From assembly GCF_001194135.2 (NCBI RefSeq), contig NC_068998.1, positions 19,104,015 to 19,168,014 of the forward strand: a stretch of 64,000 bases of DNA. Direction: 5' to 3'. The position numbers and the translations under genes were made by a program. The notes beneath the pieces are model-generated. The model searched no databases and was not told the origin of the DNA. It saw only the letters and a program-made list of their open reading frames with translations. The DNA comes from Octopus bimaculoides. Taxonomy: Eukaryota. Shown piece after piece: positions 23,795 to 33,075 of this stretch (position 1 is the first letter of the stretch; the number at the start of each line of letters is the position of its first letter).

Positions 23795-26700
23795 CATGCA
23801 ACAGACTAATATGTGAATGAAACATGATCCCAGCCAGGAAGATGGAAAGTGATGGAATTCTACAGAAGACAAGGTCAGAAAAGCAAGCTTGTAAAAAAAG
23901 AAATAGAGGAAAGTGGGGGAAAAAAGACACAATATCAACTGATTCAGAAAGAAGTTCCAGGATCAGGTATATCTAAGAGGTTTGCTAATGTTCTACACTA
24001 TAAAAATCAAAATGAGGTGATCAGAATTGCAAGGCGATCAGGTAGTGTAAATCAAGATGTTGGTGAAAAGAGTGCTTGGAATAATAGTCACACACACACT
24101 CTCACCAATGGTGAAATAAAAATGGCATGGAAACAATACTGCAAGTAGAATAAGTGGGGAAATGAGAGGTTACCTCAAGCCACTGAAAAGTAGCTATTCT
24201 CAATTTTCAGAAGGTGAGTAAATAGGAATTGTATATAGTACATATAATGTGCACAATGTGTATACAAAAAGTATGTGCAAGCCTACGGAGAAGGATTTTG
24301 ATAGTTAGCTGACTTTATTAGCAATCAATTGAGTGTTGTGAAAGCATAGTAATCAAGACATGGGATAGAAAGATTCAGGTAGCTAGTACTTCTGTTTTAC
24401 GACAAAGAGCTCCTTCTAAATGGAAAGTATGCTGTATGATGCTTACTTATATATGAAGTGCAATACTGCATGATAGCCAAAGATAAATAATAAGTGCAGA
24501 GGATATACAAACTGCACTGGGTATGTTGTGTTAGTAAGCATGCACAATTGAGCACAAATGTACTCAAAGAAAACTGGGCATCATAGCTATCTGTTATAAA
24601 GTGCAGAAGAGAATATCATGATGTTACAGACATATAGTGCATATGAAGAAAGATAGTTCATTTACAATATGTTAAATTATATAAGCTGAAGGAGCCTGCA
24701 GACGAAAATAATAATAGATGACATGGGCAAAGTTAATGAGAAATAAAATCAGGTTACTGGGCTTCAGAAAGATAACAAGTAACTTCAATGAGAGAGAAAG
24801 AGAGAGATAGATAGACTGTGTTGAAAATAACATGTATGATGCAAGCCAGCATGGAAAAGTAGTCATAAAAATGATCTGGATGATGACATATTTGTAGATC
24901 CATCCAATCTATGCGGTCATAAAAAAAGAAATGAATATAAAATGTAAACAGCAGGAGGTTGAGATACAATGAAAATTTTCTAGTTCATTGCTGAAAAATA
25001 TAAAAAGTGATAGGAAGGGAGGAGACTTGTTACCTGGCCATGACCCAAACAGAACACAAATTGCATGACGACTGATGACAAGTCATTTTTGTTTTTGCTT
25101 TTCTTTTTTATTGTTTTAACATTTGTCAGTTGAGTTTGCTAATCTTTTGTGTAAAATAAATACTTGCCTTTTGTCTGTGCCTATTAAAAAAGAAACTTGA
25201 AAGAAACCCATAAAGTAACCTGTTTTTAAGACTAAGTATAGCAATCTATTTCTGTCTACTTATTTATGTCAGTTTGACTAAATATGCTTCTTTAATCTCA
25301 GCATTCAGAGCACTAAGTCAACTAACACTTAAAAATTTGAGGACATTATCAGTGTGACAGAAATACCACTCCATGACTTAAGTTTGTTAAATGACAAGGC
25401 TTTAATACGTAATTCACATACAGTAGTCACATACATCATTTCCTAAAATAATGAAAAAACATTGCAATAGGATTAAAAAAAGAACTATTGAAATTATATT
25501 GCTAAAATTTCTTTGAAAATTAGTGATTTATAAAGCCAACATCCAAAGAAACAAAGCAGTAATGTGCAACAAGCAAATCTTTTAATGAAGTTAGTAAATT
25601 TACCCAAGTTTGTTTGTCATAAAGAAGCACAAGCTTTAACTTTTTGAGCGACATCCTTGTTTGTAAAGAGAAATTTGAAGTGTTGAGATTAGCACTGAGT
25701 AAATAGTATTTAGGATATCACCAAGTAAATAGATTTGCTCAGTGCTATCCTAAACACTTAAAATCTTTCTCTCTGAAGATGGGCTTTGCTTGAAATACTA
25801 GACCTCATGTCTCCTCCATGGTGTGTAATTTGCATCAATTAGATTTATAATTTATTATTATCACAACCCTTCCTAATCTAATATGATTTTTTTTTGATTT
25901 TTTTTTTTAAATGAATAGAGGAACTTCTAAACATTTTATTTACTTCTGAGGTCAGCTTTGCCTTTCATCCTTCCAAGGTCAATAAAATAATAGTCAAATA
26001 CTGATGGAGGCCAGTACTTGACTGCTTCCTGCCACAAAATTTCTAGTTTTTCATTTCAATTCTCTAAAATATTTACAATTATTAATGACATTTGACTGAA
26101 CTAAAAAAAAAAAAAGTCATGCATACTATTTAATGAGTGATAACATATTGAGTTTTAGCTTCATGACCTTTAAGTCTACTTCAGGTATAGTGCTGTACTG
26201 AACAGAGTAAATTATCCAATAAGCATCGTTTTTTTTTTGGGGGGGGGGGTTAAAGATAGATGTTATAATTTCTTCAATTATTAACCCTTTAGCATTCAGA
26301 TGACTGTGTCAAATGTAATGCTTATTTATTCATACTTTTTGAATTCATTATGCATTATCTTGTAGTTTCGAGATTTTGATGATGCGATTAATTTTTAGAA
26401 TGACATTGTATGGTAGGTGTGAGAGGCTGGATCTGGCTGGTTTGAACATAAAACGGGTAGAATATTTTGGTCATATCTGGCCAGTTTAAATGTTAAAGGG
26501 TTAAAACACTGTCAAATTTTATCTATGGAATATAGAAGAAATCTTTTTGAAAGTGAAAATTTAAAATTTGTGGAGTACTAGGCACAGGCATGACTGTGTA
26601 GTAAGAAATCTGCTTCCCAACCACATGGGTCCAGGTTCAGTCTTGGACAAGTGTCTTCTACTATAGCTCTGGGTCAGCCAAAGCTTTGTGAGTGGATTTG

Positions 26701-29700
26701 GTAGATGGAAACTGAAAAGCAGCCTGTTAGTTGTGTGTGTGTGTGTGTGTGTATGTGTGTGTGTTCCACCACTGCTTGAGAACCAGTGTTGGTTTGTTTA
26801 CGACCCCATAACTTAGCAGTTTAGCAAAAAGAGATTGATAGAATAAGTACCAGGCTTAGAAAAAAAAATAAATATTGAAGTTTGTTTGTTTAACTAAACC
26901 TTTTGAGGCAGTTCCCCAGTATAGCCATAGTCTGAGTGAAACAAGTTAAAAAAAAAAGATAAAAGATTAACGTAAATATGTAAAGTCATTTCAAAAAAAC
27001 AAAAAAAAACTTGTATTAATGTATATCCTATGGACAACAAAACTAAAGATTAAAAAAAACTCCAGTAATGAGGTTATAAGAATTGGAAATTACCAAAGGA
27101 CAACAAATGTCAGAACAAGTTGAAACAAGATCATTTTACAAATTTAATAATAAACATGGATATGTAGTTAACTAGTAGAGACTAAATTTTTTTCCTGTAT
27201 TAAGTTTAAATAGGTTAACTATAGTTTACAAAAGTTAATTAACTTCACAATTAGCTATATATTAAAATGAAATTTGGATATCTAATATTATAATGACCAT
27301 CAATGAGCAGCTACATAAGCCAAGCTAATATCTATGTAACAACTAATAAAAACCTTAAATTTACTACACTGAGTTGCATACATTTACTGTAACCAATAAA
27401 CATGTGGCTTGCATCTGATGAATTTATAACTGGTAATTTATTTTATCAGTTTTTCATAATGTACAATAACAAAAGTGTGAAAACAAGATTCAATAACAAA
27501 ATGTATACAAGTGTGTATGTGAGTATATATAAGCAGCTAACAGAGTATTTTCTTGAGCACTTAATTTTCTCTCTATTATTACGTATTGTTTCCACTGTGT
27601 ACATTGCAAGCTTTAATATTTTAGTAACGTGGCTAATTTTTTCTAACAGATCAATCCGTTTTAAGACATCAAGTTTAATAACCAGTATGACCCTTTTGCT
27701 GTTCCTTTTCATGTTATGACCTTCAGTTCCACTTCGTAGCTTCTTTCTAGACAACTTGAATTGCACATAAATCCAACACTGATCAACAATTATTCATAAT
27801 AAATACATAGTAAAAAAAAAACAGCAGCAAGAAAGAGCAAAAACAAATTGCCTTATTCTTATGGATGTAAGACTCAAAATTAGAAGACAGAAGGGCAAAG
27901 GTGTGAGATGAAAGGAAGAACTATGGAATTACAGTTAGTTAAGGGGTTATCAGTTTCATGGGTACATATCCCTTGCAATTCAGACTTGAGCCATAAAACC
28001 TTTAGACTCTATTCACACATGCCATACACCAATGTGACATACAAAATATGTAGCTACAGACATTGCCATCATACTGATACTATTATTGTTGCTAATAGGT
28101 TATTCAAAAGTTGGTGGTAGTGGTGGTTGTATTAATTTTTGTATTGGTGATGTGGTGTTGGGGGGGGGGGTATTGTTGATGGTGGCATTGGTCATGTTCT
28201 TAATTATAATGTGATTGTTGTTTAGTTTCAAGTCAATCTTAATTGACTTAAGATCAAAGACATTTCATTCAACAGTTATAAGACACTCAAGTATCACATT
28301 ATCTCATGTATTTTATTTCAGATGAAGTCATTTGTCTTGGTGGTGGTGGTGGTGGTGGTGGTAGTCAATAAGGAGTCAGTGGGTCAGTAATAGTTGGTTG
28401 TATAGTATTGATGTTGGTGACAGTGGTAGTGAAGGTTGATTAATAGAGATGGATAAATACACAAACACACACAAATATTCAAAGTGAAAAATTCCACCTC
28501 ACATCCCATAAATGTTTATAGTGATACATATACAAGCATTTACATACACATACACATTGATTACAGTTTTCCAAATTGTTAGCTACTTTGATCTTAGTCA
28601 AAAGGTCGCTTCTTGGCATTTTAACTAAGAACAGAGTGTAGTTTTTAAACTTTTTTAATTAATGTGAATTTCCATAATAATGGCGATTACAGACCATATC
28701 CTAAAATTGGTGGTCATACTTTACAATTTCCATAAGCACAAAATCCCATAAACTGAGTTGGTCATAACACAGGATATGCCTGTACATGTGTGGGTGTGTA
28801 TATTGTAGTTAAACTAAACTCTGAACAGATTTTATTCATTATTCAAACAAGAAAAATATTTTGAATTTTTTATAATTTTCATAATATTCTTTTTTTCCAG
28901 TTTTTACTATAATAACACTTTCAGGAGTGAATTTTTCAGAACAAACTTACATAAATAATTTACCAATCCTAAATCTTAGACTTAAATGGAAGAAGGAAGA
29001 GGCTACAGAATTTTTTACTGGTTTTAACCAATGGATTGTGGCCATGCCAGGATATTACCAGTAAGTTTTTTAAATCTATTACATCAACCCCAGCACATTG
29101 TCCAGGACTTACTTCCTCGTTCTCATAAGATACAAAATGTGAAGACACAATATAAGGAATATTTCAGTCAGACGTTAATATTGCAGGGTATTTCTCTCAA
29201 AATGTATTGGTTCTCACACCAAAAGTGTGTGCATGTATGTGTGTGACAAGTCTCTGCAGTTCCCATCAACAAAATTTCACTCAAATGCTCCAACAAACAC
29301 TATCCTACTCACACTAGCATGGACATGCAATGACTGACTAATCAATATACAGGATTTACCAATTTGAAACTAAGAAAGACAGTTGCATAAAGTACTGTAC
29401 AATGAGGTTGAACCTACACCCATGTAGTTGCTTAGCAGACAACCGTGCCAGCACCTATATACAAAAGATCTATAACAAATTAAATAAACAATTAAAAATA
29501 TGACTTTAACCCCTCAGCATTCAGATTTGGCTGGATTTGGCTGGTTTGAAAATAAAACAGGTAGAATATTAGTGCTAGATACAGCCAGTTTAAATGCTCA
29601 AGAGTTAAAGAAACATTTTCACTTTAAACTAACATCTACATATAGCTTAATGCAGCAATATGCACACACAAAAAAAATCACAATGGCTGGACAAACAACA

Positions 29701-32700
29701 GCCACTGTGTTGTACACATAGACAAGACACAGCACTGCTTGCCTCATTTTGCCTGACTGACAAAGACAGATTTCTACTTCACAGTTGAATGATTAGTAAT
29801 AGAAAGGGTAGGAAGCAGTATAAAACAACTGCTCCAACAAAATCCATCCCACCCACTCTAGCATGGAAATAGATGAAAAGAAACAGGAGGGATGGTTGCG
29901 AAACAGTCAAGACATTCAAATTTAGAAGATGAAAAATACAAAGGCTAACAAATCAATACTCTGAATTTGTAAGAATGTTCCAGAGATATGAGATTAAGAA
30001 TGGTTTAACAAACTTATTTTAGCTACCACCCAGAATAGATGAATCAGTAATTAGTAGTAAGATAGCATTTTAAAGAAATATCCCGTTTCATCAAGCAATT
30101 CTATGTTAGTACTAGTTGAATAAGTCCATATCGGATATCACTTTATATAGACAATATTTGTAATGTGGTAAAACTACCCTAGTCTAAATAATGGCTAAGC
30201 ATAAGCACAAAGCCAAGTTCTTACGGAAGATGCATCGTTATCTTACTAGTATTTATATTGTTTTCTCAGAAGAAATAAAAGGCAAAATTAACCAAGGTGA
30301 AGCATGCAATATATAGACAACTGGGAATGATTGCTTTTATAACATAATTTTGCTTATTCTCATAGATTTTTCAGAGCCAGAATGAAAAGTCCAAGGAGAC
30401 ATGTAAAACCATGTTACATACCATAATTCATTAAAAAAAATTAAATAAAAAAAAAACAATTTAAAATTTATATAATTTTTTAAAGCATTTTGATTTTTTT
30501 ACAATATGATAGGAATCTATTATAATATGATTTAAAAGAAAAGAAAATTAATTCACATTGCAATGATAGAACTTAAAAAAGATTGTAAACTAAAAAAACA
30601 AAATTCAAATCAAAATAATTAATCATTGAACAAAGCTTTAGTTGATTAGAAGTGTCACTAGTAGATAAGCCTAAAGCAAAAAAAAATTGCGTTTCAACAG
30701 TGCATAGTAAACAGGATAAACAAAAGTCCGATGTGGTACAAGGTTTGTAGTCAGTATTTGTGACTTGATGCCTATCTATATTATGTAGTTATATCACTGA
30801 TAGCTTGATAAAGTTTATTTTGCTCTTAAATACTGAAAGGATAAACCGATATAGATAGAATGAAGTGAACAGAAAAAGAGACCAACCAACATAAGAACAG
30901 GAATATCAACACATGAATTTACACTTAAGAGTACTTTGGATTTTAGGAAGACCTATATTAGATAAAAAAAGCAAATGCAAATAAGGCGCTGGCATGGACA
31001 TTATTAAGTTTGCTTTCCAACTACATGCTTTCTGATTCAGTGTCCCACTACAACACATCTTGGGCAAGCATTTTTCACTATATCACTGTGTTGACCATTG
31101 ACCAGAGCCTTGTGAATGGATTTGGTTGATAGAAGCTGAAAGAAGCTCGTGTGTGTGTGTGCACATGAGTGTCTTGGTCTCCTTGTCTTGACATCACACA
31201 ATAGTTATAAATGAGCATCAACATCATACAAGCACTGTCCCTTATTTTCCATCTACCATGGAAACACGTTTGGTTACAGAGAAACAGTACTTGCTTGGAA
31301 ACTAGTGATGGTTGGAAAAATTAAGGGCATTTGGTCAAAGAAAAATCTACTTCAATGAATTCCACCTGACCCATGCAAACGTGGAATAATAGATGCTAAA
31401 ATGATAATGATGTAAAGACTCAAAATGACTGGTGATAATCACAAGTTAATAATTATGTTATAGTATATAATATACTATAAAACAGAAGACAATTTTCTAT
31501 AAATTCATGCCAGACATATGTTAACATAGAAAAATGAATATAAAAATAGATAAACAAGGTATAACATACAAATACTCATGATTATGTCGAAAGAAATATG
31601 CCATTTCAAATATTTTCTAGCTATAATCTAGGCAAAGAAGTTATTGTTGGGAATGGAAACAATGACTAAGTGGTAATGTCAAAAATTCTGAGATGAATAT
31701 TAAGGGAACTATTATTAGGAACAAAAAGGCTTCCTTCAATACAGAAAATGTCAATGTGTGACACACATATCAGAAATATGATTCTGTGAAGTTATCAAAT
31801 TATGCCAACAAAGCTAAAAGATGTACAAAAGTTAGGGAAGAATAGATTGAAACATGTGATACCACATAGAGGTGTTACACATGAAGAGCTTTATGTAATA
31901 CTGACAAAATGCAGACAAGTAACATGAGAATGGTTGATACAGCTCATCAATCAAGGATTAAAATCTAGAGCTTGACATGCCAAAATAGATATTCTATTAT
32001 GAGTAGGACAGCAGATTTAACAATTTGATCAAGATAAATCATATTAGGAAAAAGGCAATATTTCAGAGAATAGTTTTATCAGTACTGTAGCCAGTGGCGG
32101 ATTGGGTCTAAAAACATTGGTTGCCAGGAGACTAAGGGGGCACACCCACAACTACAATGCTATCTTTTTTTTTTTTTTTTTTCTAAAAGTATTCTTTTCA
32201 ACTGTCCGCAAACACAGCCAGGCTGAAATAGTTAATGCATTCTTCCAGGAGTGAATAAAAAATTCTCAAACTTGAGGGGATGGGCCCCTTAGATACTAAT
32301 ACGGGCCCCCATATATGGATTCTAATGGTGCAGGGGCCCACTTGCCATTGGGCAAGCTGGCCAGTCCGCCACTGACTGTAACTGCTGATGGTGTTGATAG
32401 CGGTAAAGATGAAAATTATGATTGTGATGATATACACATGCTTCTCTTCACAAAAATAATACAAAATACAAAAATAATATTGATACAAAATAATCATAGA
32501 AATAAAAAGCAACCATCAGAAAGAACTCTCTAAACCAAAAACACAAATATATAAAGAATTTTATGATAAAACAAAATACTTACATTGATGTCATCATCTT
32601 TGCAAAAAAACATACTATTGTGAGCAGGAAACACAAATTTGCCTTCCTTTTCAACAAAGTCAAAATAAGTGATACCAACAACACCAAGCCTTTTCCGTTC

Positions 32701-33075
32701 TCGCAGTAGCTGTTCTTGTTTGGACATATGTCCTGAGAGAGGCATCATTTGGAATGGATGTAGAAGTTGCTTCCATGTCAAGTAAGGAACTGGTTCTACA
32801 GATTCTTCAGGAATGTCAACATAAAGAAACGTGTTCTCACGGCTTTTTGCAGGTACTCCAAGAAAATACAATCGAGTTAGAGTACCAGTATCAGTGTGAA
32901 TTTTCCGGAATACAAACTGTGATGGCACACTACTGGCAAGGCTGGTGATAACTTTACGTGTATCTCGGACAGCTTTGCGCAATTCCAACCATGATTTCTT
33001 GCCAGATTTTGTTGGCTCAGGAGCAGGAGAATTGCACATCATGTGGAAAGGGTCTGCTAATAGTTCTGAAGCCAT
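142..33075 (-). CDS. DPP9: Dipeptidyl peptidase 8/9-like (S9B family), spliced, 3'-partial: 9 coding exons, 486 codons, covering the Dpp_8_9_N region and most of the beta-propeller
   Basis: Joined exons give an uninterrupted frame with DPP8/9 motifs in order: SW..[90 protein letters not shown]. All introns are GT-AG with compatible phases. Confidence 0.95.
1199..1978 (-). mobile_element. 5'-truncated RTE-clade LINE (ORF C-terminus, 3' UTR, (GAT)n tail), spanning an assembly gap
   Basis: REKLNIRSI...QERRLRWYGHVVRM...GTRGRGRPRKTW is the typical RTE C-terminus; the 3' end reads GCATGGAAAGCGGACGTTAAA followed by (GAT)n at 1199-1223. Confidence 0.85.
2000..2159 (-). CDS. DPP9: DPP9 coding exon 8 ([35 protein letters not shown]...CTFD, 160 nt)
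   Basis: Acceptor gtttctttcAG, donor ATG|GTAAGA; E.KTGF.HLY motif; phase 0 to 1. Confidence 0.93.
2270..2707 (+). mobile_element. SINE with family-A head and RTE-type 3' tail (second copy at about 30985-31412)
   Basis: Head GGCAGTGTGGTAAGAAG...GAGTTCAGT; tail ACCCATACAAGCATGGAAAAGTGGGTGTTAAAATAGTGATGAT resembles the RTE 3' end. Confidence 0.7.
3789..3945 (-). CDS. DPP9: DPP9 coding exon 7 (VYAELLSRQQDRLALVLIP...VLVEDQSDIWVN, 157 nt)
   Basis: Acceptor atattttcAG, donor AAT|GTAAGA; matches AWAMFLDRPQQWLQLVL...VWINV; phase 2 to 0. Confidence 0.92.
5053..5278. repeat. Imperfect inverted repeat, 79-bp arms and 68-nt spacer
   Basis: 5053-5131 vs reverse complement of 5200-5278 aligns without gaps with about 13 mismatches. 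Confidence 0.85.
5916..6019 (-). CDS. DPP9: DPP9 coding exon 6 ([35 protein letters not shown], 104 nt)
   Basis: Acceptor ttatttacttcAG, donor TA|GTATGT; FP.MEY.VRA.WT.DGKY motif; phase 0 to 2. Confidence 0.92.
6081..7339 (+). mobile_element. Deleted mariner (DD37D/maT-type) element with TIRs and TA target duplication, interrupted by the OR-type SINE
   Basis: TA|CAGGGTGTTCAGGTTAAATTT ... AAATTTAACCCAAATACCCTG|TA; internal PPNSTDYNPMDYYVWGAVEK remnant at about 7000-7060. Confidence 0.8.
6279..6668 (-). mobile_element. tRNA-Arg-like SINE (OR-type); 3' partial copy at about 972-1160
   Basis: Minus strand begins GGAGACGCAATGGCCCAGTGGTTAGGGCAGCAGTCTCGCGGCTATAGGATCGCGGTTTTGATTCCC (A box, TCG in the anticodon position, B box). 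Octopus OR SINEs are tRNA-Arg related; the exact family name is unverified. Confidence 0.8.
7717..7913. mobile_element. Probable piggyBac-type MITE of a second family with a 33-bp tandem duplication
   Basis: Flanked by TTAA (7713-7716, 7914-7917); subterminal GCGATAGGCCAC vs reverse complement GTGATTGGCTAC. Confidence 0.45.
8177..8238 (-). CDS. DPP9: DPP9 coding exon 5 (GTDNAESTLKIVEFAVNSKGQ, 62 nt)
   Basis: Acceptor ttgattccacAG, donor CAA|GTAAGT; matches GSKNPKIALKLAEF...SQGK; phase 1 to 0. Confidence 0.88.
10160..10435 (+). mobile_element. Older RTE 3'-end copy with a short-unit (~25 bp) array; similar copies near 5470-5655, 9425-9662, 20760-20890, 50975-51160 and 55630-55800
   Basis: Repeated GCTGGTGCCACATAAAAAGCACC units, then GGAAGGGCATCCAGCC...CCATGCCAGCATGGAAAATGGACGTTAAATGATGA. 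Confidence 0.7.
10952..11074 (-). CDS. DPP9: DPP9 coding exon 4 (NGHETYNILFEEVDETRVDILHTFAPTTDNKQMDMYRYPRAG, 123 nt)
   Basis: Acceptor ctatatttcAG; LFEEVDE and YRYPRAG motifs; donor CAG|GTCGAT (weak); phase 1 to 1. Confidence 0.92.
12065..12479. repeat. Foldback (long palindrome) made of two head-to-head copies of a tRNA-headed SINE-like unit
   Basis: Left arm 12065-12281 is the reverse complement of right arm 12296-12479 apart from a ~20-nt indel, an (ATT)n length difference and scattered mismatches; 14-nt spacer. Confidence 0.9.
12533..12649 (-). CDS. DPP9: DPP9 coding exon 3 ([39 protein letters not shown], 117 nt)
   Basis: Contains the substrate-binding Glu-Glu motif (QEEFDR); acceptor ttttttAG, donor A|GTAAGC; phase 1 to 1. 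Confidence 0.95.
12888..13115 (+). mobile_element. tRNA-derived SINE family 'C' (CTGGCAGAA.CGTTAGC head, GAGTTCAAATTCC B box); other copies at about 305-520(-), 3280-3470(+), 14690-14878(-), 42222-42400(-)
   Basis: Recurrent GAGGTCGACTTTGCCTTTCATCCTTTCGGGG body after a Pol III-type head. Confidence 0.78.
13403..13833 (+). mobile_element. tRNA-derived SINE, family 'A' (A/B-box head, CCTTGGGCAAGTGTCTT domain, internal (TA)n(TG)n, AAACAAGTAAAAGAGTA tail)
   Basis: Head GGAGTGG..GTGTG.TAAG...GGGTTCAGTCCC; more than 12 similar copies in the window. Confidence 0.88.
14207..14620 (-). mobile_element. SINE family A, full length
   Basis: Reverse complement of the 13403-13833 type. Confidence 0.88.
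14907..15078 (-). CDS. DPP9: DPP9 coding exon 2 (NDEALFPEVV...PMFCPSNSDLVAFVLDGDISV...QRRLTHVHK, 172 nt)
   Basis: Acceptor ttatttctAG|AAC, donor AAG|GTATGT; matches the DPKICP...ERRLTFCHQG segment of DPP8/9; phase 0 to 1. Not in the ORF track in this frame. Confidence 0.9.
15185..15361 (+). mobile_element. Young RTE 3'-end fragment with (GAC)n tail
   Basis: 15185-15346 is the reverse complement of 1224-1385 with 4 differences in 162 nt by eye. Confidence 0.85.
15430..15469. repeat. Poly(A) run of about 40 nt
   Basis: Directly visible. Confidence 0.95.
20385..20607 (+). mobile_element. Mariner MITE (~220 bp)
   Basis: TIRs CAGGGGAGTGCTGAAAAGTTCCTGGCTTT and AAAGCTAGGAACTTTTCAGCACCCCCTTGTA; internal KLKDHCNKCVNL mariner C-terminal remnant. 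Confidence 0.78.
22709..23058 (+). mobile_element. SINE family A, 5'-truncated
   Basis: Starts at TCCCACTGCGTGGCACC after an A-rich tract; complete tail. Confidence 0.85.
23365..23745 (-). mobile_element. SINE family A, diverged
   Basis: Tail TTTTACTTGTTTC on the left and head remnant on the right. Confidence 0.65.
25667..25772. other. 106-nt imperfect hairpin (pre-miRNA-like geometry)
   Basis: AGAGAAATTTGAAGTGTTGAGATTAGCACTGAGTAAAT pairs with ATTTGCTCAGTGCTATCCTAAACACTTAAAATCTTTCTCT; inner TATTTA/TAAATA stem with a 13-nt loop. Confidence 0.6.
26285..26500. mobile_element. piggyBac-type MITE with TTAA on both sides; family copies at 13951-14167, 18946-19157, 19772-20128 (interrupted), 46255-46474 and partials near 29510 and 60070
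   Basis: TTAA|CCCTTTAGCATT ... AATGTTAAAGGG|TTAA; TTAA target and CCC/GGG termini are piggyBac hallmarks. Confidence 0.8.
26582..26946 (+). mobile_element. SINE family A, diverged
   Basis: Head GGCACAGGCATGACTGTGTAGTAAG; tail GAAACAAGTTAAAA. Confidence 0.75.
27540..27745 (-). mobile_element. Tigger/pogo transposase N-terminal (CENP-B-like HTH) remnant
   Basis: KRNSKRVILVIKLDVLKRIDLLEKISHVTKILKLAMYTVETIRNNREKIK resembles the CENP-B_N/HTH_psq pattern; recognised by eye only. Confidence 0.55.
32092..32374. mobile_element. hAT-type MITE (283 bp)
   Basis: TIRs CAGTGGCGGATTGG / CCAGTCCGCCACTG; 8-bp TSD ACTGTAGC / ACTGTAAC (7/8 match). Confidence 0.82.
32584..33075 (-). CDS. DPP9: DPP9 coding exon 1 (MASELLADP...FCKDDDIN, 164 codons)
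   Basis: ATG at 33075; [52 protein letters not shown]; donor AAT|GTAAGT at 32583, phase 0. Confidence 0.93.

Larger units (their letters stand above)
22480..24900 (+). mobile_element. Highly degenerate RTE LINE endonuclease-linker-RT fragment, interrupted by SINEs
   Basis: ORF 23849-24148 (KRFANVL...EVIRIARR...NQDVGEK) resembles the RTE linker also seen near 49000; HK(L)V-like endonuclease end near 22560; boundaries uncertain. Confidence 0.5.

Noticed and set aside
25060-25085. C/D box snoRNA (TGATGA motif)
   Set aside because: No convincing partner D box, terminal stem or antisense element was found.
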